From NCBI GenBank assembly GCA_002256025.1, contig NKIB01013520.1:1-56166 (forward strand): DNA of 56,166 bases, written 5' to 3'. This stretch comes from Asterionella formosa (taxonomy: Eukaryota). The notes beneath the pieces are model-generated. The model saw only the letters and a program-made list of their open reading frames with translations, was not told where the DNA came from and did no database searches. The translations under genes were made by a program, and so were the position numbers. Within the stretch, counting starts at the first letter, position 1. Every line of letters begins with the position of its first letter. Below, one piece after another: positions 35,767 to 47,404 of the stretch.

Positions 35767-37298
35767 ATGTCAACGCCCTCACAATGGCGCCTCCACCAAC
35801 TCGTGTGCATTGAGCCCCGCATGTGGGCTGGTTCCAACCGCCCTGGAGGTGTTGGTCGCATTACCAACATCCACTACGCAGAAGGCTTTGTCGAATCCGT
35901 CGATGTCAATTATTTGGTGGGCTGCTCAAGCGATAAACGGGTGGACTTGCAGTTTGTTAAGCCCCACGAAGACTTGGCTCGACAATCCAGATCAAGAAAG
36001 GCGCGTGATTTATTTCAAGCGAGTCCGGCAAAGAGGAAGTCCATTCAAGCAGAGCGGTGCGAGAAGGAAAAGGTGCGCAAGACTCAGGAAGAAAGGGTGA
36101 AGAAGGTGAAACAACAGAAACGGATACTTGCTGCAGATCCTGTGCCTGCCGAAGATTCAGATGAGCCACTTGGGGCCCTTGCCGGTTTACCGGACGACGT
36201 GCCTCGACTGCTCGAGTGCAGTGACAAAGAGACTGCCACCGTTTCTCCGCTTTACTTGGATGAAGGCCTTGGGTCGGCGAAGAGATCACTTCTTGGCGTT
36301 GGAGGGACAGCGCTCGGTGTCAAGAAGTCTCTCTACAAAGGATTCCACAATCAAGGGAACGAGGTTACAAAAGCTCACCGCCATGATGATACGAGTGCAA
36401 CAACGAGTGACATTCTTCGAAAAATGGTAAAGGAAAATTTCTGTTCTAACAAAAGAGAAGCAAGTGGACGCATAAACCTTCAGGGCGCCGTGAAGGCCGC
36501 CAAAATGGCCACGATTGGTGTCCAAAACGAGCAATATGTCTTGGATTATAATGTCGACACGGAAAGCAAGAAAATGAAGGCATGGACCAAGAACCAAAAG
36601 GCATTAACAGCAGTCACCAAGGAGGCAGTTGCACTTGCAGTACTTGCTACTGACAAGGAAAATGATGAAAACGCAAAACCTGAAGCAGAAGAAATGCTGG
36701 TCGGATCAGTGCCCACATTGTTTTCTCCAGAACTTCGGCTCAAGAAGAGGTCCAAAAGTCGGCCCTTGCCATTGAATAAGAGCAGTCCAGCTCGTCGAGT
36801 GCTCGTTACAAGCAATACAAATGAGAATAAAGTCAGTAGGGGGGCGTGCACAAAGATTAGACCTGGCGCACGAATTCCTCTGCTAGAAGTGCATCAGAAC
36901 GAAATAAACCAAGCCGAGATTTTTATACAGAATGTCATTGGTACAAAAACGAACAAAGTTTGCGCCGGGACTTCTGTGTTAGAGAAACCATCTGTGATAT
37001 CGGTTATGCCACGAAACTTAGATGAAGCGTAAGTTCTTACAGGCTGTTTGGAATTTGTTCCACATATATTGCTCACAAAAGCCTCTCCAATGCTTGGAGC
37101 AGCCGACTGGATGATTTTGGAAGGCTTCTCTGGGATCTGTTTGACAAGAATGATGAAACGGTGACGCGAGACCAGATTGCTTCAGAAATGTTAAGCTTTT
37201 CCGGTTCGGAGATCGACCATTGCCTCCAGAATCAAGCATCTCGCAACAAAATAATGATGGTCGAGGAGGGCACTCTGAGAACAATTTATAGGATCTAA
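35767..37298 (+). CDS. Two-exon protein (35767-37028, 37103-37298): beta-rich N-terminal domain, basic linker, MCM3-like C-terminal winged-helix segment
   Basis: 74-nt intron GTAAGT...GAGCAG. Exon 2 reads RLDDFGRLLWDLFDKNDETVTRDQIASEMLSFSGSEIDHCLQNQASRNKIMMVEEGTLRTIYRI*. Confidence 0.7.
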
Positions 37299-37626
37299 GG
37301 TATTGCTAGCTATACAGTACCAGTACTGTTTCTCCAGCTGTTGACATCGGGAGGATCAGAGCGCCTCTCAATGGCGACTGCTGCATGTAACCCCTGAACC
37401 TAAGTTACCCTTTCTTTTTATGCATATAGTTGCACTCATTATTTATGACGACCCTAGGCACATCCAAGTCTTTCCTTGTTTGTGGCCTGATCTATGTTCA
37501 TTGAATGTCAGAGCTACTAAAAGAAATTCCATATCTTCAATCTGTACTAGATTCTACCGCGAGGTAGAAGCTCGTAATCTACGGCAGAGGCTTATTCTTC
37601 AGCTTCCTATCGCCAGACCCATCGTC

Positions 37627-38151
37627 TTAATCCTTGTTGTCACTGTGTTCATACTCCTCAGTCATCTCGCCCGTGAGTACACGAGGATCGAAATTCTCGA
37701 TTGGTGGATACATTTTCGGAATAGGTCGCCACATGGGGGGCCCCTCAAAGTCTGTCTCAAGGGCCTTTTCCTTGAGAATGGAATTTCTCGGCAGCATGTC
37801 AATGGCGTGCAATTTAATTTTGATCTTGCACGAAAGGTCGTGTTCGCGATCATTGTGCATTTCCATCACGCCTATATTGAAGGCCCGGCCAATGGCGAGC
37901 CTTCTCTTGGCTTCTTCCTCAGAAGGCGGTGGCGGGTAGATGATAGGAGCGTCCAGGGATCGAATGATGATGTCCGTGGTGTTGTCTCTGGAGTCGTCTG
38001 GTTCATCCACATAGGCCTTTCTCGGTGTATTCGATGAACCCTTCTTCTTCCCACTTCCAGTCGTCGCTAAGAATCTGCGGGTAGCTGCTTCTGCAACTGA
38101 TACTCTTAAGGGAGTAAGGAGGGAACGTTTTAGTAGTAAAAGCGACGACAT
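37627..38151 (-). CDS. MRPL40: Probable mitochondrial large-subunit ribosomal protein mL40
   Basis: Presequence-like MSSLLLLKRSLLTPLR...RRFLATT, then RRLAIGRAF...HAIDMLP...LKEKAL...PPMWRPIPKMYPP, matching the mL40 (MRP-L28 family) pattern by eye. Confidence 0.65.
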   Translation of the reverse strand: MSSLLLLKRSLLTPLRVSVAEAATRRFLATTGSGKKKGSSNTPRKAYVDEPDDSRDNTTDIIIRSLDAPIIYPPPPSEEEAKRRLAIGRAFNIGVMEMHNDREHDLSCKIKIKLHAIDMLPRNSILKEKALETDFEGPPMWRPIPKMYPPIENFDPRVLTGEMTEEYEHSDNKD

Positions 38152-38434
38152 GATTGGAAGATGTGATAGACCTTGATGAAAATTGATGCCGATGCAATGT
38201 TGTGTTGTGCTGTTCAGCAGGGTCGTCTGAAAGTGGCTGCGGTGCCAGGTACCCTGGTACATAGTACGACCCTAATACGTACTCCTACGATTAGGGAGCA
38301 CAAACTACGGGTAAAATAGGCCACCTGTGTATGTACCGGTGCATACGAGTGCGTTACGGTGACGCCGAGACCAACAAAATATGGCTTGCTTTGCTTGGGT
38401 GCCTGGTACCTGGTACCGGTACCCTGGTACCTTT

Positions 38435-38909
38435 CAAGTTGCGGTCATTTTGCTTAAATAAACAATTTAATATTGGATAAAGATAGCTAAATTTTCAGTT
38501 AGTTTCAACTCAATTACCGGTACCGCAACTTGCTAGTACCCCTGCTAGGGTACCGGTACCTGGTACCCCCCCCCGACACACATGATCGTATTGCTTGATT
38601 GCCGAGGCGTCGCCGTTGATGGGGAAAGGGTTATGAGCCTCGGAAAAATTCCAATTGTTGCTTGCTTGCTTGCTTAGCTATCCAATCAGCCATGGTGATC
38701 GGTATACCTTGGAAGTTGCGGTCATTTTGCTTAAACTAACATTTTAATCCTGGATAAAAATAGCTAAATCTTCAGTTTCAGCAAAATTACCGCAACTTTT
38801 CTGGTCTGGTGCCGTTGTACCTGCCAGATGCAGTCATTTTGCTTAAATAAAAAAATAAAATTTGGATAAAGGCAGCTAAATCCTTTGTTCAGCAAAATTA
38901 CCGCAACTG
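38435..38909. repeat. Three ~85-98 bp mini-MITE copies (38435-38532, 38713-38798, 38825-38909)
   Basis: Each has the inverted ends AGTTGCGGTCATTTTGCT...AGCAAAATTACCGCAACT and the core TGGATAAA..AGCTAAAT. Confidence 0.85.
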
Positions 38910-39208
38910 CCTTGCTGGTAAATACCTTGTCCGTACCGGTATATCGTTACGTAATGTACATGCTATGTTCAGTGCATATATAAATATGAGGCTCATAAAA
39001 CCTTGCTTGCTTGTACATATGTAGGATCTGTACTGCATCTCGAAGCAATCAGTTAATAATGCATAACCAACTTTTTTATCATTCCAATGACTATGTAATG
39101 GATCCCTGGACTGCCTCACATGCATTGCGCTGCTGCCTCTACGGCCAACAATAGTTGTAATTCTGAATACTATCACTGCACGAGTAGAACGTAGAGAACG
39201 CGTCAACC

Positions 39209-40255
39209 ATGATGATGAAGAATGCCATGCGACGCAGAGCCGCTTTGTCTGGAATCATCAGAACTAGCAGAGCGAGCGCCGCTCATCATCAAAGGTCCTT
39301 TTCTGCACCTGCAATTTCATTATCAGTCCTCAAGGACCTCCGCACGTTGTCGGGAGCTCCCATGATGGAATGCAAAAAGGCACTTGAAAGCTCCAATGGA
39401 GAAATTAGGGAAGCCATGGATTGGTTGCGCAAGCACGGAGCGGCAAAGGCTTCGTCAAAGTTGGCAGGTCGAGACGCCACGGAGGGCTTGGTGGGCGTCA
39501 AAGTCAATGCAGAGGGCACCAAAGCGTCCATTGTTAAAGTGGCATCAGAAACAGACTTTGCTGGGAGATCTTCTGCCTTTGTCACCCTCGTCACGTTGGT
39601 AGCAGAAGCCACCTTAGAGTCAACCTCCCATGGCCTCCTCGATGATGCTCAAATTTTAGAAGCTTCCTTTGACAAAAAGACTGTGAAAGATGCCATGGAT
39701 GAAGCCATCGTTGCAATCCGAGAGAATTTACGCGTCTCGCATGCTCAGTCCTTGACGGCGACAGAAGGTATTTTGATAGGATACGTACATGGACGTGTGG
39801 ATTCTTCCGATGTGGCTGGAACTGCCGCGGCGGTAGTCCACGTTGCTCCCAAAGAGGGAACAAGTGTGTCCATTCAACTCTTGGCGGATGCAGGCAAGAA
39901 ACTTGCCATGCACATTGTAGCAGCCAAACCAATCTATTTGAGTCCAGCGGATGTTCCGCAAGAAGAAATTGAGCGAGAAAAGGAAATCCTTCGTACGCAG
40001 GTATGTCATATGTTATGGTGATTGGTTGTAATTTTGGTGTGAATAAATCCTCACTTTATTATCACACAGATGGCAAACACCAATAAGCCACCCGAAATGT
40101 TGGAAAAGATTGTTCTAGGAAAAATGCGCAAATTTTACGAAGTAGTTTGCTTAACAGAACAAGCCCACATGGTGATTGAAGGCAACCCTACGGTTTCCAA
40201 GGCGTTTGACGAGATGGGAATTGTTATCAAGCAGTTTGAAGCTCAGTCGATATAA
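39209..40255 (+). CDS. TSFM: Mitochondrial elongation factor Ts (exons 39209-40000, 40070-40255)
   Basis: LKDLRTLSGAPMMECKKAL, EGLVG, SETDF, LAMHIVAAKP and KP..MLEKIVLGKMRKFYE motifs. 69-nt phase-0 GT-AG intron and an Arg-rich presequence. Confidence 0.95.
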
Positions 40256-43140
40256 GCAATATGCAGCCATACGGAGAACAGCTACCGGTTGCTTATTCGC
40301 TTTAATACTGCCATATACGTAGCTAGGAGATTGAAGATCCAATCCAAATGGCACGTTGAACTAAAATACGTGCTTAGACGATGACTTATAACCCGTTTTC
40401 TACATGATGATTCTCCTATTTAGAAAAGATAATCACTGCGTTCTTTTTATCTGCTATAGTTCCAATATGTGCTGTTCCTCCAGTCCTCCTACCCTGTAGA
40501 TTATGGTATTCTTTAATCTATTTGACAACAACTGATGATGCCCTTTCTTAGCTGGTATACTGAGCTTGTTACCAGCTAATATTGCCTCTACAACCAGATG
40601 GTTTAGATAGCATACCAGTTCAGTTGAGCCACCTATCAAATAAGGTAGCTATAGAAAACTTTCAGAGCATTGCTTCACCATAAGCAGCAGGAGCACACCC
40701 CACAGCAAAGTGGTATCCGTTACCTGTTTAACAGAGTAGCTGGTAGTATGGTTTTTCGACTTGAACATTAATAATCATATCGCATTAATCCTTAGCTAAT
40801 GTTAAATGGAAACAAGATGCTAGGTGTTAGGCACACATAGTACATTGGTATATAGCTTCTACAGACAAACGAATGGAAGTAGTAGTTATTATAGCTACTG
40901 TAATAGACTCACTGCCTGATCAGGAGTGGGGTCACACAAAACCTCGAGGGGCCTAATCCCCCTTGGTGCTGTGATAGGCCGTGAAAACCTCCAGGTTTTG
41001 TTTATTGGTTATGTTGAAATAATGGAGGTACTGCATTTATACATATTTTGTGATGTGGGTAGCAGGAGTCATATGGCAAATATAATGCTGCAGGATCATA
41101 AAAAACCTGCATGGATCCATGCACCAGCAGTGGGGTAGTAGTAACGCACCACGAGGGTACGGGGAGCTATTCCCTAGCAGCAATGGACCACTTGACCCTT
41201 TATGGAAGAGGCCTAGCTAGAGTAATCTAGAACCTGACACCAGACAGACAATGGGTTTTTAAGAAAAGTCTGAACAAGCAAGACTTATTGAGTCGCTATA
41301 AGGACATATTGTTATGAAGGGATATGTGCATATCCAAATTCTCCCCTCACACCACTGCCTATTGCTAGCCCTTAAGTCATATGATACTATAATTGCAGTC
41401 GTATCAGTATTCATAGCTTTAGTCATCGCTGGAACAAAGCAATAGTTCTATTTGTATATCAATAAATTGAAGAATATTCTCTTCTATCCTAGATTCGTAA
41501 TTTCTTCCGCAATTTTAAAGTTATGTATATATTCATTTTTTATTGCATTGCTCATACAATGATACATAAGACCTCAAAGGCGCAGCATCTCGTTTGCCAT
41601 TTTGATGGATAAATGGCCAGTTATCAACATGGTCAATGAATTGACGTCAAAATGCTGACGAGTCTCCAAGTAGCATATATACGCAGTCTGTGTGACATGA
41701 TATTTTTTCGGCTGTTACTTACATGCATATTCTTGCTCATATATATTTAGGTATTTATCGCTGGCCTGTCGCTGTTGCAGATCCGTGCTAGACCATGATA
41801 CAATGTGATATAAACTGGTGATACAATTTTATGTGGAGAATGGATGAAATTCAGTTCAAATCAAGTTACCATTGCTGAATGGGCTTGCTTCTTACCTTCT
41901 CCTCCACAATCTTTGCTTTTCTGACAAGCAGACCTCCACCAAAGCTCTTTTATCCATAAGGATACTGCGTAGTATCAAAACTCTATCAGAAGATTGGATG
42001 GAGTACCAGTAGTCATGCTGGGATTACATGCAGCGACAATTTTTGTTTTTGTTGCTTGATACTGATGATGCAGCAATGAAATTTACGCGGTGGCTGGTGT
42101 TTCTCACCCATCCAAATGGCCAATCAGGCAAGAGTATGATTGATGCCGGTGAATGCCAGTTCAAAGGTGGTTTGCATATAAGCTAATAAAATATAAAAAA
42201 GGAAACTCTTAAGAACAACATATTGCCCCTATGTGACGACGACGTTTTCGAAACAGGATGTACTAACTTTCGTAATAATGACTTTAACTGGTAACCACTT
42301 TAGATATGAGGTCTGATGAAACTACTTCTACATGCTGTTTCTACGTGGATACGTACCAGCGCTGAACCTCCGAAAAACTTTATTGTTATTACTTCACGAT
42401 TTTCAACTTCTTCATCTTTCAGCCAATCTTGGTCACATTTCAGACGTAAGCTCGCCGTATATGCATTAGCTTCAAGTCTAAATTGTGGCCAAGATTGGCT
42501 TACAAATGAAAGAAATCGTTTTCGAATGACCCCTCATTTCCTTTCTCTTGGCTGATTGCAGCGACGAAACGAAATTAATTTAGCTCTAAACAATGCGAAG
42601 AAGGTAGAATTCTTGTAACACCTTCATTTGAAGCACAATATGTCATGTGAACGTAAATTTCTGATTTGTGTTTACTGAAGATCTGAACGTAGATCACGAG
42701 AAATATAGCTATAGTAGCTAAGAGCGAAGTAATATACCGATAGATGAGCGCAAACTTCTCAAGACAAGACACCTGTACTACCGTTATATAATTCGGGTAT
42801 ATACCGGTAGATACTTTGACATTCGTATACCTGATGTAAATTGCAACCGGTACCAGCCCTTGTACCTGGTGCCAGGTAGCACCAGCATGGAACCAGATCA
42901 TACCGGCATGTAATGTAGATAACAGTTTGAAAAAATATACCGGGATCATATATAGAGACTGTATACCGGTGTTAGAATCCGCGCCCATGAAATATGCCAG
43001 CAAGAACACATTGAATCGCATAGCTCAAGGAGCAGCACTCCGAGTACCGGTAGACCTGCTCCACTAACCGCCCCATCCCAGCTCATTCTACCGAGCCTCC
43101 TTTGTCGGTCAATCCCGACTTACTGTCACGAGATTCCAAC

Positions 43141-46100
43141 ATGACTGACGGACCAGAAGTTGTAGAACCAAGTTGGTTTGACGAGGAAGTCGACGATTGT
43201 GATAATGAACCAATGTTTCATAGCGTCAGGAACAAGGAATCGAGTCCCCCTCCACAACCGAAACCCCGGGATTCGTCCCAGAGACCCTCTCTTGATCCAT
43301 ACATTGGGAAATTGGAGCGATTCGAGCTCTTCAGCACAAACCAATGCTATTACTTGGTGGCTTGTGACAAGCACAACATGTCATACCGAGTCCTAAAGAT
43401 GGACCGCACTTTGATTGAACGACCCCCTGAGGACCTTGAGGCTGCCACTCACCAAAGATCGTCGACTCCGGAGTACTTAGGAACTCCAACTAGTGAATCC
43501 GGCAACTCGGCTGCACTAGATGCAGCACATAGGGCAAAACAAACGCTTAGGCCATTGTCAGATTTTCTCACAGAGGATCCGCATACATACTCACAACCAG
43601 AAATTCAGGACATGTTGGATATGATTCACCATGGCAATCGATACACACGATCTGACGGAGCTGGTGATAGCGGTGGGGGACTGAAACCTCTTTGTAAGGG
43701 GTATGGCATCCTTGGTTTCATTCGGTTTTTGGATTGCTACTATCTGACGCTCATTACGCGAAGGGCCAAAGTCGGAAGCTTCGGAGGCAATGGAATTTAT
43801 ACAATAAAAAATACAGAAACTTTCCCTTTAAAAGCAGCAGAAAGAATTCACAGTAGACCTGGTGACAATGATCTGCACACCGACCCATCGTCCATGCTAC
43901 TGAATATGTGGAACCGTGGAAAACGCAGTGTTGGGCTAGGCCTGACGAACCGAGAAATTGCTGAGCTGCGATATCAGGGACTTTATCAAGTGGTTGACTT
44001 TACGAAGAACTTTTATTTCTCCTACACCTACGACCTCACCAGAAGCTTGCAGGAGAATTTTTTGGCAACGACTTCCCAGCCTTTCCCTCCTCCCCCATTC
44101 AAAGACATGTATGCTTGGAACTTCTTCCTAACGCGTGAATTAGATGAATGTACTAATTCTTTGACAAGCTACTACTGGGTTATGCCGGTCATTCATGGCG
44201 CCTTTGTACAGCGGAAGCTCAATGATTACGGCCGCATTTTGAACATGGCCTTGGTGGCACGACGATCACGTCATTTCGCCGGAACACGTTACTTGAAACG
44301 AGGTGTTAGCGAGCAAGGGAAGGTTGCCAATGATGTGGAACATGAACAAATTATCCATGATGAATCTAGCTCTGTGGCAGGTGGGATATTTTCGTCCTAT
44401 TTGCAAGTCAGAGGATCAATCCCAACATATTGGACACAAGAAAGTAGCGTCACAATGCCAAAACCCCCTATTGAACTAAACAGAGTTGATCCAACATATC
44501 GAGCAACGCAAGCGCATTTTGAAGATCTACTGAAACGATATGGCAGTCCTATCATTGTCCTCGATCTTGTTAAGCAAAGCGAAAAGAGGGAGCGAGAAGT
44601 TCGTGTCGGCAACGAATTCAGGCATGCTATCGACTATATCAATACAAGCATTGATGACGCTCATCAGATCAGGTATTGTGCTCTGGACTATAGCCATATC
44701 AGCAAACATCGTAATTTGGATGTCAGTACTTCATTAAATGAAGTCTCGACTTGGTCGGTGAATCAAACTGGATTCTTTTGTAGCAGGCCACAATGGAAAA
44801 TCATTGATGGAGGAAATATTGTGCCTTTCACTGACCACGACAAGGAAGCGGCTGTTCTTCTCACTCAACACGTGGGTGTTCCTGTATTCCCCATGGAGCA
44901 ATGTGGCGTTCTCCGAACAAATTGTATTGAGTAAGCTCTTAAATTCTTGATCATTGTTTATGTTTCGCATCAATCGTTTTCTCACTCTTTCGGTGCTAGC
45001 TGTCTTGATCGAACGAACGTCGCTCAGTTCAGTGCAGGGGTCGAGGCATTGGAACAGCAATTGGTCGTAATGGGAATTCGTAGTTCGGCGAAGCTGGACC
45101 CTTCTTCAACAATAATTCGCGTGCTGATCGACATGTATGTTGAGATCGGTGACCACATCGCTTTACAATACGGGGGATCAGAAGCTCACAAGAAGGTTTC
45201 AGCTGAAAGGACTGAGTCAACCATTCCAGGTCCGATTGGAAAGGTATGTACTACCAGGAATAGGAGGTGACGATTCTTGGTTTTTGAACTTACGTTTCTT
45301 CTCTGTCATCTAGCACAAAGAGCTCTTGACATCAATTAGAAGATACTACAGCAATGCATTTACAGATCGTCTGAAACAAGATGCAATGAATTTACTGCTG
45401 GGTTACTACGTTCCGTATAGACACACAATTCCGTTGTGGGAAATGGAGACAGATTACTATTTGCATAATCTGCACGTGAAATCTGGGAGAGGTACATTGC
45501 CTAGTATGAAGACTTACCAACGAACATTCGGCGTAGATTGGAGTGATGAAGAAGACGAACATCAACTAGACCGAGAATCGGCACCATTGACACCAACGGC
45601 AGTTCGTAGAGCCAAGCTTGATAGGATCCGATCGATTCGACGAGGTACAAGTAATTCGAACAAAATGTCAATGTCAAGGGTGACACAAGAATCAGATTCA
45701 CAAGAAACGTGTAGAATAATACGCGTACGACGTCGGTGTAATGCACAGAATGAAACACTGGCGATCTGGTGGAAGGTCGCAATCCAAAGCAATATTCAAC
45801 AACGCATGTGGATGCAACTGGGTGACAACCCCTCAGAAGTCGTACTTCCTCCTCGGTTTGAACGTGCTTATCAACCCGATAAGCTTGCGCAGTTTGACAG
45901 ATTCTTTGCACGGGCATGGGCGACACCAGTTAGGCGAACACATTCGGCGTCTGTAGGCACTGAAAATGAATCTGAGCTCTCAGATTTCCGAAAATCAATT
46001 TCGGGAAGAATGTTGGATATTTACCATAGCGAAGCAACGCAAGAAAATGAATCTGAGATTCATTTCAATGATTTGGGCAGCTTCACTGAGGCGTTTGGTT

Positions 46101-47168
46101 ACAAACCTGCCGTCCCTTCGTTGCTGACAAGATTTATTGAGCCTCATCGGGCCAAGCTGGCGATAACAAACGATCGGAGGTATGTCGGCTCGCTCGCGGC
46201 AGAGGCACAGGTAGACGACGCATACATACGCTACGTTTCCCCGACGTGGAACATATCATCGAATAGTTTCCGGCAGGAGTCCTATGAAGAATTCAAACGA
46301 TGCCTTCTTGACACATCGTTGAGTTCAGATAACGTCGGTGGCATTCGAAAGGTGAGTACATACTTTTTGCTTGGACTGATATTGAGTTTGTAATTCTCAA
46401 ATCCCTTTTTGTGGTTTGCAGCTGGCAGAGTCTGCTCACATCGGGAGTTCAATCAGGTCTGGTCCCTACAAAGGGTTGTCTGAACATGCGTCAGCAATAG
46501 AAGCAACGACTGTATTGCATGAACAGTTTAACGCTATGGAGAGCATGCACATTCATGGAAATCTCAACGATCGATTTCAAATGGTTAGCGATGAACTTCA
46601 ACGCCGAGGTTATAACTCTGCGGGCATGAAGGAAGCCGTCGTTGATGGCTGGGCAAAACAGGAATTGGCAGAACACCAGTATATGGAGATGCTTGACACT
46701 TCAAACATAGGATGTAGGCGCAGTGATCTCACAACAGAGGAATCGATGAAGCTTTACTCATCGTTCTTTGATGATTCTACTCCCCTCTCAATTCTGGATT
46801 TAACATTTTTGATGGGGTCGTCTCCACCTGTTTCGAAAGCGAAAACGAAGGAAGTTTTGGAGACTACAGGGATACCGGTAGTTGGTAATACTGCTGAGCC
46901 AAAAAAGTCTGATTTTGTAGCCAAAGCAATGAGAATGGGATATTCAATTCCATCGCAGTCTGAGATAGCGAAAGCCATATCTCCACCACTCTTCACATGG
47001 AACGAGCAAAGAAAAGCTCCTATTGGCTTTGAGCAAATAAATGAAGACCTCTTCGCCCGAAAAGACAACAAATTTATGGTGTTTAACGGAGCTGGCGTCA
47101 ATAGCTGGAATGGGACAGAGCCCAAGACGAAAATTTCAAATCTCTCATCTACATCATTTGTTGTGTAG
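43141..47168 (+). CDS. FIG4: FIG4/SAC3-type polyphosphoinositide phosphatase (exons 43141-44930, 45000-45243, 45314-46351, 46422-47168)
   Basis: SAC motifs FYFSYTYDLT, RRSRHFAGTRYLKRG, VANDVEHEQ and QVRGSIP. Splicing intron 1 rebuilds the catalytic RTNCIDCLDRTN; also IALQYGGS and SIRRYYSNAFTD..KQDAMNL. Three 69-70 nt GT-AG introns. Confidence 0.93.
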
Positions 47169-47404
47169 TACTGTTGCAACCATAAAGCATTGATATTCCA
47201 AGCCACCCTCATTCTAAGAAATAGAGTTATAGTCAAGATAGTGTATGCGGCAAGCAGCGTGCACAGACTCAGAAGCTGATAAAAATCACATGCCACCACA
47301 CAAATATATTTTATTTTATTTTCACAAGAATACATATGGCATACATATCTAATTCAGCAGCAATCGAAACTCACCAGTTCGAAAATAGAAAGTGCCATCG
47401 TTAA

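Noticed and set aside
40400..42700. Gene or transposon in the EF-Ts/FIG4 spacer
   Set aside because: Only short broken frames (e.g. 42240-42550 minus) with no motif, termini or in-window paralog.
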